55,865 nt of DNA, filler included, from Platydemus manokwari (GCA_037951405.1; 5 parts of 5 records of this genome joined end to end with filler, not necessarily neighbours in it); one strand, 5' to 3'. Shown: positions 24,939 through 41,191, numbered from the whole stretch's first letter. A program made the numbers and translations. The notes: generated by a model from the sequence alone, not told the origin.

Positions 24939-27900
24939 AGTCTGTGACTTTTCAGTCCAACCGAATTAGATTAAATACACTTCAAGACTTCAATATTTCA
25001 TCAACATGTTTTTAATAATTATTCCCAGTTATTGTTTTGTCCTTTGGATTTAATCCTCTCATCACATCCTATTCTTTAGGTCAAGATCTACTTTATTTCT
25101 TATTATAAATATATTTTATTCCAATTTTATTTTGTTCTCAGCATTCCTAATCGAAAATAGATTAATCATCAAAAAGTTTATCTACTTTTTTTTTAAAATG
25201 AGTTTCTCAAACATATACTGTGTTGTGTTGCGATGGTTGTTTATAGTCAACTTTATAGTTGTTATTGCCAACTAAATAGTGTGAGTTATTATTGTTCTAT
25301 TGTAATGAATTGTTTATTAAATAATAAAAAATTGTATTATTAACAGGTATTACACTCAAATTTAGCTCAAACGTGATATTAGTACAAAAAATTCTTGTAG
25401 TTTTCTCATCGTGAATGTGAGAACTTTACTTATTTATTTCAATTTGTTTATTTTTAACTTTTTAAAATGTATGGGTTTTTGTTTGGCCATTTCTGCTCAC
25501 ATTTAATTGTCACTTTTTATTTTTAGAAATTTTTACTTTATTTATTATAAAATTTTCTTCGTTTTTTTATAAAGTTTATTAATCTCTTATATTTAATATT
25601 TATTTTTGTGTTTTCCTTGCGTGATAATTCGTTATTTTCCTAACTCTTAGATTATGTACAGTGTTAAGTGATTGCAATAGTGTCTCAATGTTAAAAATGT
25701 GTTAAATTCTTGAAAGTTTTCAGAGATCATTCTTGAGTCAATTTAATAAAATTTGCAGAGTTCAAATATCTTACTAATCAATTTGTGTAAAAACAGACGT
25801 TTTAAATTTTTTATGTTTAATTGGCGGTTTTAAAGTTTTTTGGAGTCTGACTAGATGTCAATTGATTAGCTTAATATTCATCTTAATGTTAATTTACTAG
25901 TCTGTTGCTTACAGCAATGGTCTTTTAACATGCATGAAATCTCTTTCTTCGCATCTTGGTTGAGTGAGCGTATTGATTTCGGCGCAGTTGCCTGTAGAAA
26001 ACAATATGAAGTAGCTTTTATTAATCAAAAATTAATTCTGAATATTTTAATATATACGTAACATATCATCTTACTAAAATGAAATGTTTAATAAATTTTA
26101 AACATAAAGCTGCATCTTTTAGTCGAAAATTTAAAATTCATATGTAGTGCTCCAAAAAACAGCATATATTATTAAACATATGAAAAGCAGTATTAATATA
26201 TTATTTTGATTATTTTGGGTTGTGATTGTTGTAATGCAGATGTTTTCGTCAACTTTAGAGCGTAATTTCTTATGGTTTTTAGTATTTTTATATCGTTTAA
26301 TAATTAAGTAAGTTAACAAACAGAACGTTTTATTTATATTATTAACAGACAATTATTACAAACAAGCTTAACTTAAATTGTGAGATTGGTATTGGTGGAG
26401 GTGATATATCTTGATTTAAGGTTATACCCGATAATTTAAATCTTGAAATGATAAATGTCAGTTAGAAGCTGATGGTTGATATTTCTACCAGGTATCCAAC
26501 TCTTAACAGGAAATTAGGTGCGCGTATAAGAGATAATAATATGAATTAATACTTTTAATTGAATAGAATTAAAATATACAAAAGTAATTTTAAACGAGGA
26601 AACGATATAATATGCAGGTGTTTTTAACAATAGGTGAGGTCTACGTAGTGCCCTTCTCCGAAATAAACCAAGAAAAATGATTGACTTTGGTTATCAATAA
26701 AATCTTATCGACTGTTTAAGGATAAGAATTAAAAGTTTCCGACTAATCTGCTGTCGGAGATTGATAAAAATGAATTAATGAAACATTATAAATAAAATAT
26801 TTACCATTATGTAATATTAATTCTGAAAAGTACTGAGCAAATTAAGATCAAATATGAATGATTAAAATTCCAAGTGTCGAGAATGAACTGATGTGAATAT
26901 ATTCACTGAGAGAAATTTTTGTGTCGTGGATTATTGCTCATTCGTTTAGTGACTGATATCAGTTTGTATATTGTTTCCTGAGAATGAATTAATAATAATA
27001 ATTTCTCATAGGTGATTTTCAGCGTTGCCACGGCATTTCTGTTTTTTTTTATTTAAATCTCGGACTTCACTTATGGTATCCATGGCAAAATGAATTATTC
27101 ATGCAAAGTAGTAACTTCTGACTACTGAAAATTTTAAGATATTTTGTTGTGTGTAACTTATTTATTTGTGTTATGTAACCCTATATATAAACAATTATTA
27201 TTTATATATTTATGATTTCAAAAAATTTATAGATACATGACGACTAAGAATGGTAGTATTACTTTATGGTCTTGCTCACACTTTCTTCCGCATACTCTTT
27301 AAAATTCTAATATACGAAATTGAAATCATTTGTTACATTATTTATTTATCCACTTATTTCTTTAAATATGTTGAAGCTACCAATCACTTTTGTACTACTA
27401 ATTTTTGAATATTCAATTGAGGTATAATTTTATAATTAATAATCGAAATATAGATATATCAGATTTGGGATTACAAAAATCTTTCTCATTTTTATTATTC
27501 AATTTCAAATTAATTTATTCGGTTTAAATAAAATTTCTTCGGTGCATAATTGATTCTCTGTTACAGATGCGGTTACTACTTCTACTACTCCTATTAGACA
27601 TAAGAAAACTAGTTGTACAACTAGCACATCGAAAAAATAATTTATACTTAAAATTTTCACAACTACACTAATTTCAAATCAATATATAAGCCCTTATTTA
27701 TAATTATGCTTTAGTTGAAATGGTGATTTTCTCAAATTGATCATTCTTTATATACCGATTTTCGTCACAGTCCTACCTTAAAAATCAAAACATAACTTTA
27801 TCCTTCATTCAGTATATTAATTTATGTTTTATTTATATATTTTACTATATATCATTGTTAGTTCTATAATGAGAAAATGTTTATTTTTATGTTTTTTGTA

Positions 27901-30900
27901 TTCATTTACTTATAATCATCACGGAAAAGAAATATCAATTATAAAATAGTTGTCTTTGATCTGAATAATTGATGCCCAACTCGATGTTCTTGAATTTACT
28001 AAAGGTTGAGTTTTGCTTAATGTGTTCTGTCTATATTCCATTACTATAGGTTGGTGTAATTATATTATAAATGTAAACCTCACTTATTGCTATAACAATA
28101 TATATGTGCAAGTTTAATATTAAATATATGTATTTAATATGTATTTATATATCAAATACATGGCCTGAGTCCTACAGGTAATAAATAAATCTCGATACTT
28201 AAAGGTTAATAATAAGGCTTAAATAATAAAATTCTAAAATATAGACAATGATAATAAATATATTGAAGCCGGTTCTATTTAAAATAACAAAAGTTATTTT
28301 CGATTTAAAGTTTAATATATACTCCACAGAATCTTATGATAAATGGGTTTTGTTTGATTTCTTGGATATAGAACCTGATTTATTTAATACTTCATTTTCT
28401 TTGTTAGATTAATGTTCTAAAGATTAAAAGATGCTTTTAGGTTTTATTACAATTATTAAATATTCTTAATTTTTCAATTAAAAATGATTTTTATCAAAGT
28501 TTTATCCCAATGATTTTAATTCCTCATCAGAAGCAAATTTTAAATTATTAATTACCAAAAATTGATTCAATTATTGATACATAAAATTATCGATGCATTT
28601 TGAAAGTTGTAAAAAATTATTGATACATTTGACGTTTATAAATATGCATAAAACTTAATGTTATAACAATGTAACGAAACATGCGACTAATTCATGTATG
28701 AAAATGAATTACCGTTTTTTAATACAAAATAATGTTAATATTCTCAATGTTATTATCGGGATAAATTGATTTTTTGGAAAGCCCAACAGTAACACAAAAT
28801 TATAATTAATATTGATAATTTACTTAAAATAGTTGGATCAAGGAGAATTGAAGGCTCCACAAGATTTATTTTTATCTAATCATGCTATTATCGACTCCAA
28901 TAATGAGTCTAAAAAGGCTCGGCAAAATAAACAACTTACTAATCAGCTTCGTCTTCACTCAACAAAGTGATCGAATGAGATAACTCTTAAAAAATAATTA
29001 AAATTTACTTGAATTTGTAAATTCTTATGTTTTAACTTTCTCTTAAAGCAGTTTTCCTCTGACTGTCATGCCTTTCTATACTATTTTGCTGGAATTACTG
29101 CGCCGATTTCTCCTTTGTTAACTTGATATTTATAAAATATTTTGGTTTCATTTATATCCATGGAGGATATGTGCAGCCAATCACTTTTGTAAAGTGTTGC
29201 ACTGCTAACAAAAATGTTTTATTATTTATTGTTACAATTTTACATCCTTCTCAAATAAAATTATCGATATTCAATGACGTTTTATATATGTATATACCCA
29301 TTGTAACTTGAATTTAGACTTTTTATTTGCTTTCAAAAGTGTTTCCCTATTGTTGTGATACAAGCTGCATAAAATAAATAACATATCAATAGTTAAACAA
29401 TTACTTTAAATTTTTCAAATCTAACTTTTGCTATAGTTCTTCATCATACGAGTTATCGAAGACCATCTAGATCAAGTAAACAAAATTAGCCTTTTGATTA
29501 TAGGAATTTGATCTCAGTCTTAATAATTTGATTCCTAGATTTGCGACGAGGAACTTGTTATAGGGTAAAATTTAATTTAATATATTCAATTCTAAAGAAA
29601 TGTCATTAACTTTACATTTAATTCATTTTAAAAATTTCTAACTTCTCACGAATATCTTGAAAAGTAATAATGAAATTTCGGAGGGAAGGAAAATTGGTTA
29701 TTGATTGAGACACTGTTAACATATGAATAAAATTTATTACTGTCAAAGGGTTTTAATATTTTTATTTTTAACCTCTTAAGTAATTGGTTAGAACATACAC
29801 TGTAATTCAATTGAGAAACCTTCAAGACAATTTTTGGATATCTTTCTGATCATAATTATTTAGTTTTGGCACTATAATAATAATCTTTTCAGATCTTGAA
29901 ATAGATCCCAGATGTTTACGATTGAAGCATTATCTTTGCAACAAATAATAATTCTTTTGATTTTTTGCTATTTTGAATTATCTTCCATGCAGTTTTCGTT
30001 GTTGATGTGTATTGTTTTCACGTATTAATTTAATATATTGATGACGCATTTTGATGTCAACCGCGCTACATTATTTATCAATGTATCCGATTTCCAATGG
30101 TTCTAAATTAACCATATTATTTTTTTGCTCACTTTATTATCATTATCTGGACACTTATTTCTATCAATTCTCTTTATTTTATCATTTCTATTGTATTGCA
30201 TTATATATCATTTACGTCATAAGATTTTTCCTCATCAGAAATCTCTTAAAATTTCAGTTGTGGTGCTGATGCATAGCTCATCACCTGTTATGTTTAATTA
30301 ATCCAGCATTAAGAAAATAACCGACAGATGAATGATATTTATTTCAGTTTGCCAAAAGTATCAGTGACCATTCTCATTTATCGAGCATCGCATTAGTTCT
30401 GACATAAATGTAACGTTCTGAAAATACATCTTTACCGCAACTATTTTAAATTATAAAAAAAATTCTTTATCGATTATATTTGACCACTAAAACCAGTTTG
30501 ACCAAAAAATTTTTTTAGTTGAATATATTTGTGAGCGTGGAAAACTGTTTCACTTACTCTATGAAATGTAAAGCAATTCATGAATTGCAATAGGAACCAA
30601 TAAAGTTAGACAGAGTTGAGTCTCGGAACAATCTTATTTAATAATATTTATTTAAATAAAATCGTGGAAATCTATATAACCAGTATATAACCAAGTAGCT
30701 TTAAATAATACCGATAATATTATTGGGAATAAGTATAAACAAACATTAATTATATTAAACATATTAATTGTTGGAGTGAATAATCAAATTAATAAAATTA
30801 ATGTGTTTCGGCCTTGTTGATTTTTATTTTTATTCTTATTACCAGTCTCAGATTTTAACTCTTTGTAGATCACTGTTGTCTTGATCAGTCTCTATTGAGT

Positions 30901-31675
30901 TCTAATCAAGCCCAAGATACAATGTATAAAGTTTATTGCTTCTTTATTCACCTTGCTTTTAATATTGCATGATGACGATATCAAACGGCAACAATGATTT
31001 ATGATTTTAAAACTCTCAGTCTCAATATTAAATTCAATCAATAAACAGAAATTTTGCGTGTACAATACGTGTATTGAAACAATAATTATTACAATGGACA
31101 CCAAATACATAAAATATTACAAGAAACATCAAATAAAACAATTATTTTACAATAATGCGATTTATCAGGGATGACCTTAACAAACTTCTGGACAAGAACA
31201 CGGTTAATAAACTCCTTCTCTTGGAGCAAAACCACCTTCAAGGATTGTGAGATAAAACTCGAGAGTATGAGATATCAACGATGACTATAGTACGGATCTG
31301 TTTGTTATATAAAGATCTAACTCACGTTACAATGGCATATACGAATCGAATCAACGGCTTGAATATGTACTTCTGGCAAATACGATCGAATGAGCTTCAG
31401 TAATGGTTTACACGGTGTAGTGGTTTCTTTTTACAAAATGACGAGGTTATGATGTTTACCCCCTTATTTATACGAATTTTAGAACTAAGTTTTAATAGCT
31501 TTATGGTTAAGTTCGGTACAATTTATTTTATTCCGAAGGGATTTGATATTAAATTTATGAAATAAAATTCCTTTTGCATATTGATATTGAGACATATTAA
31601 CTATTAAAATGTTTTATCCTATTAAATCCTTGAGAATATTATATTATGATTTTTTCATAACAGTTTTCCATGTTT

Positions 31676-31701
31676 ATTATTATTATTATTATTATTATTA
31701 T
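31676..31701. repeat. (ATT)n microsatellite
   Basis: Directly visible. Confidence 0.85.
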
Positions 31702-31993
31702 AAAATTTGACCTGAAGTTTTAATTAAAAATTAAGTCTTCTTGCATTTGAGCATCAATCCATAGTTGTTACAAAAATATTTAGTCTTCAAGTCAAATCAT
31801 TGTCTTGTTGATCTCTGCTGATTCTGTAGATTACCTTTCTCTTAGAAAGATAAACTTTTCTTCTTCTTTTCTTTTTATTTCACCCTAGTGATTCTTGATC
31901 ATGTCGGGTTCTTCAAAATGTTGGGTCTACCGAGTGTAGAGCGCAACAATCCTCGTAAATACCTGACTCCAAATTCAAAACAAAGTTGCACAC

Positions 31994-32093
31994 NNNNNNN
32001 NNNNNNNNNNNNNNNNNNNNNNNNNNNNNNNNNNNNNTTAATTAATTAANNNNNNNNNNNNNNNNNNNNNNNNNNNNNNNNNNNNNNNNNNNN
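31994..32093. other. Artificial contig linker
   Basis: N44-TTAATTAATTAA-N44. Confidence 0.97.
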
Positions 32094-35000
32094 AGGACAT
32101 ATATGCAATTTTACTAACTATTATGAAAATGCATTCCATTAGATCAAATTTGATACGTTTGATTTTTGTTTAGTTTACAATATAATATTAAAACAATAAT
32201 TTGTTAAAATAATTTTTTTCATAATTAGAATTGTAATTTTTTAAAACTATCAAATTCTAAATGTTATTCAATTGCTAAACAAACTGTAAAAATAGAATAT
32301 TTGTTCATTATCTATAATTAATTATTATATAATTACTAAATTTTAAAATTAATATAACATCTAAAAACTTAAAATACGATTTGAAGGTAAACAATTCGAA
32401 TTTAATTTTTTAATGCATTTGAAATTAAAATTCCAATTTTGTTAAAAATATATTATCAAGTACTGAACAAACATAATTAGAATTTAAAATAATTTGTTTC
32501 AAGAAAATTCGATTACAACTAAATCTAATACCGAAAACCGAGGAAAATATGTTTCAAATTTGAATATTACATCTTAAAATTATATAAAACCGATATTGAC
32601 TGAAGAACCAAGATACGCACTGATATCCTGATTTGATTATTACGTTTGATGAGTTAATTATATTGCGAATATTGACCAGACCAGTGACAGGCAACGGTAT
32701 TATAGATGAATAAAAATAGGAATTCATTAACTTGATCAGAAATTGATGATGGAATGATAGCTGTGTTACAAATAAAATAAATTGTTTTTCTTTTGTATTT
32801 CCCTTTTAAAAGGTTTTTAGAAACAAATGTCCCTGATCGATGTTTTTTTTTTAAATTTCATAATAATATTTAATTTATGCCATAGTAAAAATTTCATGCG
32901 AGGAATTGTCTACATGTAAATTGTCGTTTTATGCACATTTTAATGCTCTCTTTTCAACTTAGAAGATACTTTCACTTGAGTATTAGACATAATTTTTCCC
33001 GAGAGTGAAAATAATCAATACATTTCCTTGTTATTATTAGACACGTCTGTAATTTGATAATTTATTGAAAAATTGTCTGTAAGTGTTAAATTCTTAATGA
33101 ATTTGTTTGTCAAACATCCGAAGAAGATGTTTCAAACTCGGCGCTTAGCGGTGATAACTCCATTATATTTCATTAATTATTATCTGGTGATATATAATAA
33201 AATTTCTCTCCTATATATAGATTACTTTAAAATAGTGATGTTGTTTTACTTGCGAATTTTTTTAGGTTATATGAAACGTAGCTATTTGTAATTTTTAAGA
33301 CTGATTTTAATGTTGTTTAGACCTGATCTATCGCTGATAATTTTAAAAAATAAGGCAATTACAGCACCTATAGCAGTTAAGCCACTTGTACACGAAAACA
33401 TAACTCCCAAAACTTAAGTCACATTTCTTAATTATATATTGTAATTAAAATTTAAATATCCGCAAATAACTGGAAAAAAATAGAAAAGCCACTTCCTTGA
33501 AATTATTATCAGATAAATTTGGTTGGTTGGTCATGGTATTTAAAAAAAAAATCAACACCAATCATCTTTTAGATAAAGTAAATATTAATGAAAATATTTT
33601 TCGATAATGAACATAACTGCATTTAGTAAATTTTTTTTACAAAATAAATTTTCGATAAATCCATTTTGAAGAAAACAAAAAAACCCACCAAACAATGGGA
33701 ATGGAAATTGTGAGATAGAATCATTGATTTTCATATAACAATAAAAATATACAATAAAATATTGGATATTGCTCTCTGTTTTGTGGACAAAATTATTTGT
33801 TGCGTATTCCACAGATTCATCTGCTATTGTAACAAGGGGAAAATAATCTAGCTCTCCAACGGTGAGTCGATAGAATTTTTTTTTTTATTTTTTACTTGAA
33901 TATTAAATATTTTAAACATAACGATGTTTAATTGTGATTCATTTTATTTTACGATATTTTTTGTTTTACATTTATTATTAATAGTGACTGGGTGAATTAT
34001 ATCTTCGAGGAAATGTTTATGCACAATGCCACTGGAAATTTAACTCAATTAATGGCGCTATTCTATTCATGTTTTTTATAATTGAAATCCTTTTTCATTT
34101 ATATAAGTAGTCAAAAAATTGCTACAAATATGAAAATAATAAAAATATAAAAAATAAATAACTTGGCTTAAATTATAAACGAAATAATAAAAAAAATAAC
34201 ATTAACGATAATAATAATTATTATTATCATTTTTATATTCAAGGTAATAGGTCAAAAATTTACAATAAGTACTGGGTGGAAAAAACTGAATTTCTGAAAT
34301 GAAAAATCTTCGATTGTAAACAAATATTAATATTAATAAAATATAATGAATAATATTTTGGTGATATATTTTCCTTCACACGTTCCATATGAGCCTTTTG
34401 TAATGATAATATTCTACTAGTGAAATCGAACAGAAAATAATATTTTTTTCAAATTATTCTTAATAAAATAACTTTATTTTTGTTTGTCGAATGATTTTTT
34501 TATCGATCGTCATTTATTGAAATTTGTATTGATTATTAATGTGCTGGTTTCAATGAATTTTTAATGAAATTCTGGAGTATTTAATTATTAGATTTATAAA
34601 GGATAGATCGAATGTGTTTGAAAGTTAGTTTTTGTTTTTGATTGATTGAACTCAAAGAAAAAAGAGAGAGAGAAAGAGAGAGACAGCGACGATAACAATT
34701 TTTCATAACAGTAGATTTAAAATATTGCTTCAGTTTGGTGTCATTAATTTTAATTCGACATCGAAAAAATTTATTCGTTTGATAATTGATTGATAGGATT
34801 GATGTATCGAATATCGATTATTTCCATTTTTCCTCTCTAAACAAACATGAAAATTTGTTAATTAGAGAGCTGGTTGGGTTTTTATTTCAAAAGAATTATA
34901 CGCTCTTTTAAAAATTGCGATGATAGATGTTGGGTGAATATGAAAATTAATTTACTTACATATTCCGATCTAAGTTCAAATGTTACTAATACCGTTACTA

Positions 35001-37386
35001 ATAACGATATAATTATGTCGTACAATAAAATATCGTATATGTACTGCAGGGTATTATAATCAACAATTTAAACCTGGAAATTACAATGTTAAAAATGATA
35101 GGATCAGCACCCAAACGTTAAAGACAGAATAGAAAGTAATCAAAAAACTGATTACTGAAAATTCGTAAAGTTAAGATTAATACACAAGTTACGAATTCAA
35201 CAAGACTAACAGTTACTCATGGAATTCAACCTCTTTCACATACCTATTGGGTGTGTCTGCTTGATGTCACGGGTCTTCGTTCTCCATTTGTTGAATTCTT
35301 TCGTAGATCGATCTGCTTGAAATTTGATTTTGCTGTCATCTGTAGACATGTACCTGTCGTTCTTAGTTTCTAAGTATGGATTAATATTAAAATGAATCTG
35401 ATTGGCTATTGGCACATGTGCTTATTGGATCTGTGTGTAGACCCTTTTTAGTGTTATTTCCTTGGTTCCTGTAACAATTGTGGTCGCATTTTGATTCACC
35501 GAACAGCACGAATACTCTACATTTTTGAAAATTTCCTAACAATGGGTCTAATATTTGATTATCTTATCTACGAGGCATTGATTTGTTGATATATTCAATT
35601 TTTTTCAAAATTATACCATAAATAATTAAAAAATCCAAACCTTTAAGCTAAAAATCCAACTAGTGGACATCAATGATTTTTCATACCATTCTGCAAATTG
35701 AAAATTTTAAAAGAACATGGATGATTTGAAAATTATTCTAAGAAAATAATAAAATTCTGGCAATAATATTTTCTTTGTGATCTTTATTTTGCAATTTGAC
35801 AGGAAATCGTGTCTTTGATTAATTTACGGAAGAAAGATCAATTTAATTCCAATATTTTGTCAATTAATTCAAATTATTGATAAAATTAGATTTCGATAAA
35901 AAAATGATATGTCGATATTAATTGATTATCATTTGATTTAGAATTAGATAATCCATAACAAATGTATAACAAGTCGACAATATATATATGATGGGTTGTT
36001 CGATTGTTCTCATAATTCACTTAACATCAGTTCCTCTTATTTGTGCCGCTTGTTCATTTTGCTCTAATATATGTTGTTTTGATAATTTATTTCATCACAA
36101 AGGATTTTCTGCTTGGAAATCTACTTTTTGCTTTGAGATTTTTTGATGCCGACCAATATCAATTTCGTGGTTTGTGGTCATTATTATTTAGGATCAGATA
36201 AAGCATGAAACCCAATTTCGTCAATTATCAAAAGTATATTTTTAAAACCTGTCATAACCATTAGGAAAATTATTGATATCACTTTAATATTTGAAAGAGA
36301 ATTACATGATAATATCCACTGATATCATGTTATTTCGAGCTCTCAGTGAGGTAAGCTCTATTCGTTAACATATTTCCAGATCATATTTTTAAAACAAAAG
36401 TAGTTAATAAAATATTTTGATACACAAAAAACTCTAGCCGCCAATATCAATGATTAATGTTATTTGTTTCTAGTCACGTTAATTTCTATCATTTACGTTC
36501 GATTTTCCTGGGATATTCCATATAAAATTCTTTTTACACGTCTCGAGGTCATAAATATAATATCGCTCTTGAATTTTAATGCCCGCAACGTTGAGTGAAA
36601 GGAAATCGAACAAAAAATTGTCACAATTACATGAAAAAATCGATCTATTCCAAGACAAAACTATCATTTTTATTGATACATTATTGAAAAAAGTCGAACA
36701 AGTAAAAGATTCGGAACATTGTTTTTCAAAAATATTATTGGATTAAATTAGGAGAGATTTGGCTAAAATATCAATCTTATCATGTATCATATATGTTAGT
36801 TACTGAGGTAATGTATTAGCGATACTTAATCCAGGAGACCGTTTATCAGAATAACTTATCATAAAAAAATTATCAACAAAATCAATCGATTTGATCAATT
36901 AATCGGAAAGAAATATTTTCGATTTATTGTTATAGTTTTTGTAGAAAATTGTTTTCGTGAGCGATAAACAAAAATATTTATGTATTGACAATGTTTAATT
37001 TACTGGCCATAAATAATATCGAAGTCTTTGACAGGGCTTACTGAAGGTTTGATTGTATTGATTTTTCATATTAATTCCAAATATTATTTATTGGAAATTA
37101 TTCTATAAAAAATAAGAGAAATATTTCTTTGGCACTTAAAGTATTTCTAATGAACAATAAAGTAATAATATTAATTTTCTCCAAATAATACGCGAGACAA
37201 ACATGGTATTGGAAATAGAATTCGAATAAAAGATATCATGATATATTATCGTCTCTGTATAGAAGGAAAATGAAGGAACATCTGAGGAAAAAGTTGAACA
37301 CATGAATTAAAAAACAATGATGAATCAGGTGTCTAATAATGAAATAATATTTATAAAATCAAATTCCAAATTCTAAACATTATAAT

Positions 37387-37913
37387 TATTAGCCGCTACT
37401 ATTTTAAAAACCACACATTAAAAACGAACTGAAAAGTCAAGACACCGAAAATCTATTTAAAAATACAAATAAAGAAATTTAATTATATAAATATGATTTT
37501 ATATAAAATTATAATTAAAAATTTAATTCATATAAAATATTGTTTGTCTCTGTATCGAATACTCTACATATTTCTTTACACGAAAACTCTAATTGTTCTA
37601 TCGTTCAATATCTTCTTTTATATCTCCTTGTTATCTATTCTACAACTTCTTCATAACTTCTTTATGTTTTCCTTTTATGTTCTCAGTATCTTAGTCTTCT
37701 TTTCGATCATTTTCAGTCGTTGATCTTTGCACAATCAAATCCATATGCGTGGTCGCCATGTTATCCGCTACTATTTTAAAAACTACACATTAGAAAAGTC
37801 AAAACACCAAAAATCTTTAAAAATAAATAAATTTTATTTTATATAAATAGGACTTTATATACAATCAGAATTAAATTAGAATTAAAAATTTAATTCATTT
37901 AAAATATCTCACA
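37387..37913 (-). mobile_element. 527-bp two-LTR miniature/deleted Gypsy element (TRIM-like)
   Basis: 5' LTR 37913-37759 (TGTGAG...GGATAACA), PBS TGGCGACCACG, gag start MATTHMDLIVQR, 3' LTR ~37530-37387; 5-bp TSD ATAAT on both sides. Confidence 0.82.
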
Positions 37914-40900
37914 ATAATGACACCAATTTATTATTAATCTAAAGTTAAATTTTATTCGATATAAATTTACCAACAATAATAACATTAACGATTTTATTAA
38001 TATTATAATTATAATTAAATAATGTTGAAAAATCTGAATATAAAAGACTGTTAAAATCATTTAATTTTGAATAAAATATAAAATAATCTCAGCAGATTTT
38101 TCGACACAACGTTTATTTATAGATTCAAGTTAAGCCTGATTATTAGAGTATTTTAACCAATAAAACGTGTTAAATGGAAAGAGTTAATTTAATTAGATTA
38201 TTTGTAAGTTGACGTCAGTCTTTTAGTTAATCTAATTAAAGATTTAGATTGAAATAATGATTTATTGAAAATTAAAATAATTTAGTATTATTATCAATAG
38301 AACATTATGAATACGACTGAGATAATATTTATTGGTTTAACAGATAATCTTATTGAGAACTATATCTATATAAGTAGGGTATCGTGTAGAATATTTATTT
38401 GAAAATTCGACACTAGGACAGCAGGAAATTCGTTATACTTATTAACAAAAACAATTTAATCTCTCAGATGCTCAAAATGTCTTCCTTCAACATTCATTTA
38501 TATTGGTATTACTAAGCAAGTAACACCAACCATATAAAGGGTAGTTTAATAACTGTAAACCTACTTTTGGATCACTCTATATATGTATGTATGTGTGTGT
38601 GACAGCGTAATTTGAATGTACTTTAACATATTCGCTGTTTTGTGGAACTCAAATCTTTGGAGAAGTTTATATCATTTTTTATTTTTACATTTTGCTTTAA
38701 ACTGATATTGTTGTCATGCTTCTTTCAGTATGAAAAGATTTGCAATAGTTCATCCAAATGGTAAAAAAGAGCTCAAATCGTACGGCACACAATCGTATTT
38801 TTCTTTCTAAGCTATTTTTAAAATTGTTTTGATAAATTTGTCGAGTTACTTCATTCTGTTTCTAGTCATAATATAAAATTTGATATCACATCGTGATGGT
38901 TGGTTGTGAGAATATCTTTTTCGTACGTCACTTCTAAATAATTTCTATTTTGTATCTTTATTTTGTCACTAATATGTTAATTTTCACTTGGTTTGCTTGC
39001 TTTGGTTTCGAAACTGATTGAGTTCTCAAAGCAAATCCCTGATATCAAGTCGAATGATGAATTTCCCAATGATATGTTCTGATCATTTTACAATTGATTT
39101 CAGTAAAAAAGTGGTGACGAGCTATAAATAAATTGATTTATAAATTAATGAGTTGCAAATTTTTAAAATGTGTCAGTTATTGATTAATATTTGCAATATA
39201 ATTGAATATAAAAGGAAAAACATAAATTTTAAAGGTTAAATATGGGGATGCAGTGTTACGTAATCCATCTTTAATATAAATAATTATCAAAGCTAAATTT
39301 TAAGGCTATGTAATTTCGGTTATCTAAACATTGCCCTATTGTATTTGCTTGGTTCCTATTATATACACCTATTGATTAGAATTTCCTCATAATTTTTTAT
39401 TGATTGTTTTTCCACAATTATTTAATTTTTGTTTAAATTTTGCATCATATTATTGCAAAATCCCGAATATAAACAACTCGTATTAGCTACATAGTGGATA
39501 TCTTTTATCAAATTAAAAATGAATTCAATTAATGAACCAAAACTATAAAAACAGCGAAGATCATTCAGTTTAGCAAAGGAGAAGAAATTATTGAAGTAGC
39601 TTGTCAATAAGGGCACATGTGTGAAATTGCTGCACGACATGATGTCAACGAAACTGTGATCGTTTTAGCTAGAGCTTTAAAATGTCATATTTTCACTAGT
39701 TTAACCTGTAGCTCATAATCAAAATTATACACATTATGAAAATTGATTGAAATCTCAAATCATTTATTGATTAATAAATTTCATTTCTAAAAACCATTAA
39801 ACCAATAAAAATAAGAAAAAATAATTAAAAATTCATTTATTCAAGAATGTGTATGATTTGTTTTGTTAATTATTATAATAAAATTCGACAGAAATTCACC
39901 AAGAACTGAGCGATAACTTTTCCCAATCAATGCGGTAATTGGAAAATTGAAAACCTTTTGCGAATTATTATTATTGTGAGATGATAACGTGTAGACAATG
40001 TAAATGATATACACTAGAAATTACACGTGAATATTCTAGAAATAATGGACAAATTCTTTATTGCTGAAATGGATTTTCCCATTCATTTGATTAGTCGATA
40101 TGCACGAAACATGTAGACTGTCACATGTATCGGTTTTGATACTGAAAGAATTGTTTTGTGATTCTTTAGGCGTTGTCTGCGCCGTAGGTTGCATGAACTT
40201 CAATTTAAAATTAAAATCTGTTTCGATTTTTTCAAATGGTTTTTCAAAAATCTATAAACAAAAGAATCAAACAATGAAACAATTGTATCAAAATCACTAA
40301 TTATCTATATGAGCGTAAATATACATTGTGATGCCAATAGTACTTGAGAAACTTTTGGCAATTCAGCCACAAAAGATTCTATTTAAAATGATTTATTTTT
40401 ATTTATATGGTGGTCCAAAACTAGGCTCATAGTTATTAAAGTGTGTATGTGTGAGTCAGAAGGTCCTTGAGAGATTTGAAGAATGTTGGAATGTTGAAGG
40501 AGGATATTATGAGGATCTGAGAGATTAAATTGTTTACGTTAACAGGTATAATGATTTTCTTGCTGTTCTCGTGTCGGATTTTCAAATAAATCATCTACGT
40601 GATGACTGTAAATCTATTCTTAGGAAACCCTGTATAATCAAATTGTTTTTTCTTCTCTGGTAATAGTAATAGTTGTAGGGGATATTGACCGATAATTAAA
40701 CATAATAGTTATTAAACATTCCACCTATATAACGACAAAGGCGCAAATAAGACTCCGTGATTTAAGATATTTTTCTAAGACAATTACAATGCTTTTTAAT
40801 CTATTCCGGTTACCATGGATTTGAAATCATTTGGTAAATCTGATTTTAAATATGAACAAATTAAAACAAATTGCCACTTATGATAATATATCTAGCCATT

Positions 40901-41017
40901 TGCCTTTGGTACCCTTCAGCTGTACATCTTTGAATTATATTTATTTGTAATTATTTTTATTTAATTATTTTAATTATTTTAATTATTTATTAATTATTTA
41001 AACATTTACTATTGGAA

Positions 41018-41076
<59 letters not shown>

Positions 41077-41091
41077 TAATAATAATAATAA
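41018..41091. repeat. (AAT)n microsatellite at contig end
   Basis: Directly visible. Confidence 0.92.
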
Positions 41092-41191
41092 NNNNNNNNN
41101 NNNNNNNNNNNNNNNNNNNNNNNNNNNNNNNNNNNTTAATTAATTAANNNNNNNNNNNNNNNNNNNNNNNNNNNNNNNNNNNNNNNNNNNN
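41092..41191. other. Artificial contig linker
   Basis: N44-TTAATTAATTAA-N44. Confidence 0.97.

Noticed and set aside
38700-40930. Faint RT-like (LPFG) and RNase H-like remnants on the minus strand
   Set aside because: Too decayed to delimit or support.
8831-41191. Recurring palindromic TTAATTAATTAA inside N runs
   Set aside because: Synthetic six-frame-stop linker. It is not biological and breaks linkage between segments.
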